Assembly: GCA_000708835.1 (NCBI GenBank)
Contig: DF237276.1
Span: 1-64,000, forward strand
Source: Klebsormidium nitens
Taxonomy: Eukaryota; Plantae; Klebsormidiophyceae
Length of the DNA: 64,000 nucleotides
Direction: 5' to 3'
Below are positions 56,201-64,000 of the stretch, piece by piece. The translations under genes and the position numbers were made by a program. Under the pieces are notes generated by a model. That model had not been told where the DNA came from. It did not search any database and saw nothing but the letters and a program-made list of their open reading frames with translations. Each line of letters starts with the position of its first letter. The first letter of the stretch is position 1.

Positions 56201-56361
56201 CATCTGATTCCTCCCCTTCTTTGTTTCTGCAGCAAGTTCTTCTCCAATTCGGAAAGGTGGGTAACGACATGTTCACTATGGACTACCGCTACCCACTTTC
56301 GGCGTTCCAGGCGTTTGCAATCTGCCTCAGCAGTTTTGACACCAAGCTGGCATGCGAGTGA
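50213..56361 (+). CDS. TULP: Tubby-like F-box protein (plant TULP/TLP family)
   Basis: F-box [17 protein letters not shown]...[18 protein letters not shown]...LTFPVSLKQ| (donor 50474). Exons: [16 protein letters not shown] (~52399); GKFLLAARK...YMGKLR| (53261-53389); [12 protein letters not shown]...[14 protein letters not shown] (54342-54604); [33 protein letters not shown] (from 55424); [39 protein letters not shown]. The start codon is uncertain and an upstream exon is possible. Confidence 0.96.
53945..54375 (+). repeat. Splice-junction echo E: three decoy acceptors of the [12 protein letters not shown] exon
   Basis: CCCCAG|GT(T/C)CAA...GGCACCAAGTT pseudo-exon starts at 53999, 54117 and 54201; true start 54342. 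Each is preceded by a C-rich tract and a CTAAC-like branch motif. Confidence 0.93.
55120..55500 (+). repeat. Splice-junction echo F: two decoy acceptors of the TULP EVDMPSL exon
   Basis: CAG|T(G/A)GA..ACATG...CCGA...GT...CCGTTAA(C/T)A pseudo-exon starts at 55131 and 55268; true start 55424; periods 137, 156. Confidence 0.9.
55884..55941. repeat. 29-bp intronic tandem duplication
   Basis: GCATTCCTGAGCGTG(C/G)TTCG(G/A)ATC at 55884 and 55913. Confidence 0.9.
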
Positions 56362-58602
56362 GGGCTGCTGGTGTACAAGCATAAGCCTCGAGTACAAAAG
56401 TGTCAATCCTGTACATTTCGGAAGTCTAAACATAGTCGAGGGCAGCTCTTCTTGCATCGCCTGGGCTTGGCGGGGCTTGAAAGGGCAGCCCGAACGGGCA
56501 TACTTTTGGTCGAAGTGCGAAAAAGGCCGTAGAATAGAAAGTTTCAAGGCTCCGCCGTTTAGTCGAGAGTTGGCCTAGTCACTGTAGTCATGGGCTTTGG
56601 CGTTTTGGGTACAGTCGGTGGTTGTGGATACGACGAACTCGGTATCCCAAAACAGTCACGTCGATGTCAGTGTGTCTCGTCAGTCAGACCGGCTATTATA
56701 GGCGAGCAGCATTAGTAAATGTCCATTGACATAGTTACTGCATACTGAGCTGGCCCTGCAGCCCATGCTTGGCCTCAAAGTTTACACTTGTTCAGACAGC
56801 GTTTGCCGTTCCCTGGCTCACTGTGTAACAATCTTTCGTGTTCAACTTCAGTGGGTGGCATGCGCTAGCTAGCTAGCTCAAAACAACGCCAGCTAAGTTT
56901 CAGTGGAGACTGTATCGAGCTTGCATGTTGCATGCAGTGGGCGGCCCGCACTGCAGTTAATCATGCAAGATCAGGTAACTGGCATGGTGCGTTAAGTAAT
57001 TTCGATTTTGAAGTTCACTTGGATGCGGATCAGTCGCCCTATTAACTTAGGGGTAGCTTAACGTACTAGCTAAATTCTCCGAAGTTTGTGCCGGCTTCTT
57101 TTCCGCTTCACCCGGATGCAATGTCAGGCCGCGCCGGTGCTGCCAGTCTTGCGTATTGAACCACATCATATATCTAATTAGTTTGTTATCAAAGTGACGG
57201 TCCCGGTCCGATTGAGCGGAGTTTAACTAGCTAGCAATATGTTCGGGCGGCCAGTACGCTGAATTTCAGGATCAGCTGGCACGTCCAATCGCCGCGCCGC
57301 GCTCAAAATGTCATTTAATTATGGAATGTGATATATGTGTTTCAGTGTATATCCAACCGTCGGCATGGATGGCGGCGCCGGGATTATCGAATCGATCGTA
57401 CTCCTGCTCGATCGTGCAAATAGCTGCGTTTTGTAGTATAAAACTTTCAATACGTTTTCAGATATACGATCAATATCGTATCACTCAAAGATTCGTGTAC
57501 CATCATTAGAAGCATCTCAGTGGCCTATACATAAATTAATTTGGCTACAGCGCGTTAGTATTTGAAAAGAGACCATTGCTCCGCAGATCGAGGGGCCAAA
57601 GCGGCGGCCGCCATGTATGACCGTATTGTCGAACTCCATGTATCCGACAATGATGGAGGGATCATGGCAAGGGCTTTTCATCGACTCACATGCTATGATT
57701 TTTTAAATCGTGGTGCAGCTCATGAATATGGGCGCGGGCCCATGTCATGGCATCGGGCCCACTAGCAGGCTGGCGGCGCTTCAGAAGTAGTCGGGCCGTC
57801 TCAGTGCAGCAATCTGATCCCCCGCCCAGGCTGTCCTGGACTCCGAAAGGCGCCACCGCAAAACTTTATCTAGGCTCTCAATCCCATGCAATTGCTGCCG
57901 CCGGGCCAGTACGTAACCGTCCACATCATGAAGCCACAGCTTTCATGGCACTGGCTTTCTATGAAACCGGCCAGGATGATGCCGTCATATCAGGCCGGTT
58001 CAGATAACGCCACAGATCTTTGAAAAGGGTCAAGCTAACGGTCATGCAAGTCCTGCCCAAATCTAATGATTGGTTGCGTGCAATCTCACTTCATGCTCTT
58101 GAGCGGATTTGGTACAGGGGTTTCTGCCATGATATGCGGCATGTACACGATTGGATGGTCCCAGTGCGAAAGTACGTGGCACATGCACAGATTGGTTATG
58201 CACAAAGCCGCGCCCGATTCAGGCGGGTACTAAGTGCCATACATGAGGGCGTTAAAAAAGCACATAATTTGCCTGCCAGACATGCTCGTTGCTTCAGTAT
58301 ATAAGATCTCAGCTCCAACTCAAAACGAACTCAAGCCTGTCTGTGAGATAAGCTCCTCGTTTAATCTCAACAATTAGTACTCTTTAGAGAGGCGTTGAGA
58401 AGGACCATACTCGGAAACGGTCCAGGGCGGCCAAGTAATGTTTCAACGACTTGAAAGCTAAGACTATAGTCATCTTTTACATTGGGAAAGCTTATTGAGA
58501 TGGTATACTGTTTTCAGACTTTTCCATCTCGTGCCGGTAACATACGCGGTTCACAAACGGTACCAACCGAAATTGTTCGACCGGTATCTTTGATATATGA
58601 CA

Positions 58603-61600
58603 TCACCGCATGTGCTGGCGGTCCCAGTGGCTCGCCGACAAGGGCCTCGCCCGGTCTTCTTCGATCTCCTGCTGCTTCCGCTGCCGCGCCATCTCATTCC
58701 GCAAGGCGACCAACTGCAACGGAACAAAACAATCTTGTTGGATAGCTAGGAAGTTGGAACAATCTTGTTGTCAACGGATCAAATCGTCCGTTCCGCGAAA
58801 GCTAATTGGATATGTGGAGTGAGTTGCTCAAGGATTGGGTTTCACGCGAGAGTAAGCCGACTCAGAGCTCTTCGCCAAGCTCGTGTTCTCCTGTCCCGCT
58901 CTGCCTTCTGCTTTTAATCCCTTGCAATCCAACCTATATACTAAACCGAATCGTCTTGGTTTCAAACGGTCGGAGGGAATCTATTTGTTTTCAAGATGGG
59001 AAACTACATTCTGAATTACAAACTTCGCAAGGGAATGCTCGACCTTTGGAAGGGACTGCTCGGCTTCTGATCATGACCCCACCAACGGAAGCTTCGTTTC
59101 TGAACCACAATGGATGAGGTCGCCTCGCAAAGTCAACGAAGTGAAGTGCTTGGTTACAGGATTTGCGCAAACGGAGAAGCCTAGACTCCTTTTTCGACGA
59201 AGAAGCCTTGACTCCTTCTTCGACCCCGTTTGATCTGACAAATCGACCCCGGTTTGATCTGACAAAACGAACGCTATCGCGACAACTTATCTGCACTGAT
59301 AATCACCAACGCCTTTTCCCTATCTTCTTCTTCTCAGTCCTCCTCTAGCGGGATCATTGCGCGAGAAGAATTGAAACAAGATGCATACAACACTTCGTCC
59401 GCACCTTCTTGTTTTCCTCCATGACCTGTTTGAGGTAGTCCCGCTTCTCGCGCGCTTGCCGCTCCTCCTCGCGCGTCGCGACCTCGTCAGAGAACTTGGC
59501 GCCGCGCGCCTCCTCGAAAACCGCCATCTCGCGCTCTGCTTCCGCCAATTTCATCTCCTCCTTGAGACGCAGCTGAGCTTCCATCACGCTACGTACTTCG
59601 GATCTGCAGTCACATATGTGACGCTTAGATATACAAATAATGCGTTGGAAAAAGGGGACATTTTACGTTTGTAGAATGATGCTTGGTGGGTTCTGCTCCT
59701 CCTTGAGACGCAGCTGGGCTTCCATCACGCTACGTACCTTGGATCTGCAGAGTCACATATACGACGTTTAGGGATACACTTGTTCATTTGGAAGAAGCGG
59801 AAACTGTTTGTTCGTAGAATGTTGCTTGGGGGGTTCTGCGCCTCCTTGAACACGCAGCTGAATTTCCATCACGCCGCGCACTTCGGACCTGCGAAAAGAC
59901 AAACATCAGTTCATATTTCACAGTGTTCGCTTCGCGAAAAGCGTAGAAACGGATAAAATCATAACATTGGTCGCTTCCGCTTCTCGTTGAAACGGAGCTG
60001 AGCTTCCATCACGCTGCGAATCTGCGCAGAAACAGATAAGTCTGTACAAGGGTCAGATATTGCCGCAAAGAAGCGCAACCCTTTCGATTGTAGCATGAGA
60101 GTGGGTGGGTAAGGTCCGCTCCTCCTTGAGGCGCAGCTGTGCTTCACGCTGCGCACCTTGCACCCGGAAAAAGGAAGGGGGGAAAAGATGTAACTATGTA
60201 AGCATATCAAGAAAGTTGCTTCAAGAGAAGCAAGGAACCAAGGAGTGTCGAGAATAACAGGATACTATACGTGTAAAATCCGGTCCTCCTTGACATCCGG
60301 CTGGGCTTCTATCACGCTGCGCCACTCGGACCGGGCTCGGACCATACTCGGATCCTGGGAATCCTGCTTTGCGGAACCACGTGGGCGGTTTCCGTTTGGC
60401 TTGAAGCCCCCTTGCTTGCGGCTGATAGCAGAGGACAGGAAACTTTTGAGCTGTGGCAGTTACTCTCGACTTCGACGCACGATTCACGTAGAGAGTACGT
60501 TTGCTGCGTCGTGAGAAGCCCGCTCCTATTCAGACCTAAGTTTTCAAAGCTCGGGTAATTCACCAGCAAACAAGAGCATGTCTCTCGGACTCCACTTTTC
60601 GGACCCATCACAAGCGACTCGACGTCCAGTTTCCTTCGAAAGCAAAGTTAGGACCTGTGAATTTAGCAAAAGGTTGCTGAATGGAAAGAAACGCTGCCAA
60701 CCCGTAGCCCCGTATCCCCGTCAACAACAGCTAGATAAGATCTCGTATTGAAATGCGGCTTTGTCTTCCGCAACCACCTGCGTCACTAATCTCACAACAG
60801 TTGCAGAGAGGACTCACTGTTTCAAGAATTTGTCGTCCTTTTCGGGCGCGATGGACTTGCGCAGCTCGCTCTCGACGATCCGGTACTTCTCGCTCTTGGC
60901 CTTCAGCGCTGCCACGTGGGCATCGTGCTCCTTGTCGATGTTCTGCACGACATCCAGATTCCATCCTTTTTGGACACAGGATTAATACCAAGGAGACACA
61001 GATTTGTCAAGCAGACGGGATTTTGTATTTTCCAAAAATCAAAACAGCTCCTCTTCTGATGCAGAAACTTTTGGTCCGTCCAGAATATGCCTCAGTTGTG
61101 CGTTGATCAAGAGTCCTTCCCCCATGCAGGCTGCGTAACATCAAAAAGGTCATCCGTGCTTCTTGTGACTAGAAGGAGCTGGTAAGTAATCACAGGTGGC
61201 TGTACCTCTGCGTTCTTGTCAGCACCTACGGTTGACTTTAAAAGCTGGTCAATACCAGGCTCGTCTACTCTCAATGGAACGGGCTTTAGCTCTCTATAAA
61301 AACTCTATGGCTCAGGGATGTCTCGGAAAAACTTGAGAAACATCGTCATCAGCTGATGCTTTCAAAGTGATGTTGGGGCTGAGCTCTTGTGGGCTCGTAT
61401 GAGCTGTTTTCAGCACAAGTGCAAGGGTTTGCACATGCAGAACAAAATGCTGTAAATAAGCCATCCTTTCCACTCAAAGCTGTTCCGAATCGAGCTCATA
61501 AGAACCTTTTATTCTCCTGTTCTCTTCAATATAGCGGGAGGCCATAAAAGTGGGGCGATAGGAAGAGGTAAGGCTTAGCCTCTGTTGAAGAAAGCCCTCT

Positions 61601-61809
61601 CAAAAGTACTTGGCAGTGATTGGACACACATTGAGGCGTAAAGAGGCCACTCTGTGTATCACCAAGCATTTTAAAAAAAGAGAGCATAAGTAGTCGCTGT
61701 TCTGGAACAGGCAGCAATGATGACGTCAGTGCGATCTCACCTGCTGGTTAGTCTGCGATTGGGGCCGCTTTGGCCGCAGCAAAATGCTCTGCCGCGCGCT
61801 GCTCGTCAT
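58603..61809 (-). CDS. Small charged coiled-coil protein of unknown function
   Basis: Exon 61741-61809 MTSSARQSILLRPKRPQSQTNQQ|GTGAG. Exon 60818-~60970 NLDVVQNIDKEHDAHVAALKAKSEKYRIVESELRKSIAPEKDDKFLK (phase 2) joins 59405-59603 QSEVRSVMEAQLRLKEEMKLAEAERE...LKQVMEENKK (phase 0), then 58603-58713 LVALRNEMARQRKQQEIEEDRARPLSASHWDRQHMR*. Additional exons between 60970 and 61741 are possible. Confidence 0.75.
59555..60340 (-). repeat. Splice-junction echo G: five upstream copies of an acceptor + exon start
   Basis: TCCTCCTTGAGACGCAGCTGAGCTTCCATCACGCT-like unit (true copy ~59556-59609) recurs at ~59697, ~59840, ~59985, ~60118 and ~60284; period ~133-165; nearest copy 51/54 identical. Confidence 0.95.
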
Positions 61810-62269
61810 GTTGAAATCCTTTTACTTTTGCCTTCAGCGAGTAGATAGTCTTGGTGACGTGGCACCAAAACCTTCTCTGGCAAGAAAGATGTTCAGCGGG
61901 ATTGTTCAGCGGGCATGCAGAGTTCTGCGCACGGTCAGCTTTGGCATAGAGATCAAACAGTCACTAGGCTTTTGATAGCCCCAGCAACAAGAATAATTGC
62001 TCAACGTGGGTTAAAACCCTGCTCCAAAAGTAAAGTGAGCCCTTGAACCCAGCCTTCTTCCTGGCTAGTCAAGAAGGCTGAAGCAGGAAGCTTTGGCCTA
62101 CAAACAATCACTCAAATGCGTTGGGCATCGAGGCTGAGAATCTTCCCTTGCTTTGAAAGAGGAGCACTGATGCAAACGTGAATGCTCTCTCATTTCAAAG
62201 CCGGATGGCATTAATTACAATTCTTTTATCATGCGTATTGCTGGCACCGGTCGCAGCGTGCAACGAGTG

Positions 62270-62620
62270 CTTGTACATACATCAGCAGATGTCAACAATC
62301 GCTTCTAGTACCTACTACCTGCTAGTACTATTAGGTACCCAATGGACTCAAGAATGTGCATGTGCAGAGCGTTTGACCGTGCGCTTGGCGCTGCACGGTA
62401 TTCGCGTACGGCGTTCGCACGAAGTTGATACTTATGGTTCAACTTCATCGACGGTGCCCGTACTTCCATACAAGTATCGGACGGCCAGATCTCGCACACA
62501 TATATGCGCGCGCCGAGCGGACGGGTCCGAGACCCTAGAACAGGAGCGCACATGCAATTAGGTAGGTATGTATTTTGGAGCACTATTATATCATTGGAGT
62601 ACTATTATATCATACCGTAC
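62270..62620. repeat. Second GTAC-rich intergenic block
   Basis: About eight GTAC sites in 350 bp, with composition similar to 1-240. Confidence 0.3.
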
Positions 62621-63072
62621 GTCGAGACAGCTTTCGCAAAGAACTCTTTTGCTAGATTGCATGCGGCGTTCAAGCTCCAGTGCCAGACTTTATGCGCCAG
62701 CGCACTCATAAGCAGTCGCTCTCAGCTCACAGATTGCTCGTATCGAGCTCAGATGGTTTATGGAAGAGCATGACCCGAACTCAGGCTATGTTTCTTGGTA
62801 GCTAGTATCAATTGTCCAACGAGGTCGGCATTAGAGACGCTGTAGAAGGGGGGACTTTTTGAGAAGGCTAGCATGCAGAAGGAGGAACAAGATAACAAAC
62901 TTATCTACCATTTTACCGTGTACATGTGTATGAAGAACAAGTTCGTCCACTAAGCTGCAAACCTGGTTTCCATCAAATCAGAAGCAATGCTGACACAATA
63001 GCACCAGGCAACGCTGCAAGCAGACCCTGTAAATTCCACAGCGGTTGAGTTACAGCTCCCCATATCCGCAGC

Positions 63073-63104
63073 TTGATCCTTTGATCCTTTGATTCCTTTG
63101 ATCC
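63073..63104. repeat. TTGATCCT-type 8-9 bp tandem repeat
   Basis: TTGATCCTTTGATCCTTTGATTCCTTTGATCC. Confidence 0.85.
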
Positions 63105-63196
63105 ACTAATTCAATGCAGTGAGGCTGCTCAGTCTGCATTTCAATGCTTGCATTTCTTTAGCTAGGTAGCCCATCTCAGTTTTGAGCTCGAATAAG

Positions 63197-64000
63197 GACC
63201 GCCAAAATGGAACCACAGAGCTCAAAAACGCTTTTGACGGAGGTGACGCGCAGTCAGAGCCAGCAGGGGAAGCAGAAGCGAGCGTTCATGACGGCCCTGC
63301 GGCACACCTTCAAGTACGACAGCCTGGCAGCGGATGCTGACGTCACCTCGGACAGCGACGATGCGGCGAGCTCCCCCGCTGACGACCGGAGGCGAGCGTT
63401 ACCAAAAGAAATGAGCGGTCCAATGGGAAGCGGGAAAGGGCCCCCGGTGGCGGAGGGGGATGGACTGAAAGTGCAGCATTTGAGCAGAGTGCAGAGCAGG
63501 AGGGAGTCGCGGATGTCGACAGCAGGGACACGTGGCAGGCTGTCAGTGGCCTGGCAAGATGAGTTGGAGCCGAGACGGAGCTCGGAGGGGGGTGGTGAGA
63601 AGCGGAGGCCCGCTAGTGAGAGCTCTGGGGTGCGGGGACTAAGGGAGAGTTCGGCGTCGGAGTTTGATCTTCCCCCAGAAGGGAGCGGTTTGAGAGACCG
63701 GCGGAGGGGTGGATCGTCTGGGGATCTGCAAGCGGTTGTCCGGCGGTCCGAAAAGTGGTCGAGTGAAAAGTCTGACAATGGGCGGTCCGATGGGGTCAGG
63801 CGGTCCGATGGGTCCAGAAACGGGTGGTCCGAAAATAGTCAGTCCAAAGTGTCCGAAGAAAGGCGCTCTGACCAGTCTGGAAACGGCGGGTTTACAAGGT
63901 CCAATGGCAGGCGGTGCAAGTTGTCCGAAAAGGGGCGCTCCAAAAGGTCCGGAAGCCGGCGGTCCGAAGGGTCCGAAAAAGGAAAGCCCGAACTACGTTC
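63197..64000 (+). CDS. Partial internal exon of an unidentified low-complexity S/R/G-rich protein (continues beyond the window)
   Basis: After AATAAG|, the frame is open to the window end: DRQNGTTELKNAFDGGDAQSEPAGKQKRAFMTALRHTFKYDSLAADADVTSDSDDAASS...RRSEKWSSEKSDNGRSDG...SEKGKPELR. It is absent from the ORF track because it has no stop in the window. Confidence 0.65.

Noticed and set aside
57321-58304. Short + strand ORFs between TULP and the coiled-coil gene as a possible transposase
   Set aside because: I saw no DDE, RT or HUH motifs, terminal repeats or splice-consistent structure.
63254-63778. 174-aa minus-strand ORF
   Set aside because: It is the shadow of the + strand open exon (63197 to the end), which has a plausible acceptor and more typical composition.

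Overview
Eukaryotic, intron-rich (GT-AG) green-plant DNA with GC-rich exons. Gene content (F-box+Tubby protein, TEBICHI-type POLQ, root-cap domain) and style suggest a streptophyte alga such as Klebsormidium; this is inference, not a database match. Spliced genes reconstructed by hand: (1) a secreted 7-kelch-repeat + root-cap/VWD-like protein (+, 2255-7555) with two apparent 1-nt homopolymer frameshifts; (2) ATG2 (-, 10017-23200); (3) a C2-like protein (+, 23774-24741); (4) NTF2 (-, 27354-28715); (5) DNA polymerase theta/TEBICHI (+, 29373-48731); (6) a Tubby-like F-box protein (+, 50213-56361); (7) a small coiled-coil protein (-, 58603-61809); (8) a partial low-complexity exon running off the right end. 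I recognised no rRNA, tRNA, CRISPR or intact transposon. The most striking unexplained structure is a set of at least 8 'splice-junction echo' arrays in 4 genes. These are tandem ~85-170 bp duplications, each straddling an exon/intron boundary and leaving 1-5 decaying decoy donors or acceptors in the adjacent intron; in the cases I traced, use of a decoy gives a premature stop. Also notable: a 21-bp CGGACG-core coding minisatellite present in opposite orientations in ATG2 and POLQ, a 468-nt stop-free in-frame (exitron-like) intron in ATG2, and a GC-AG intron in POLQ.
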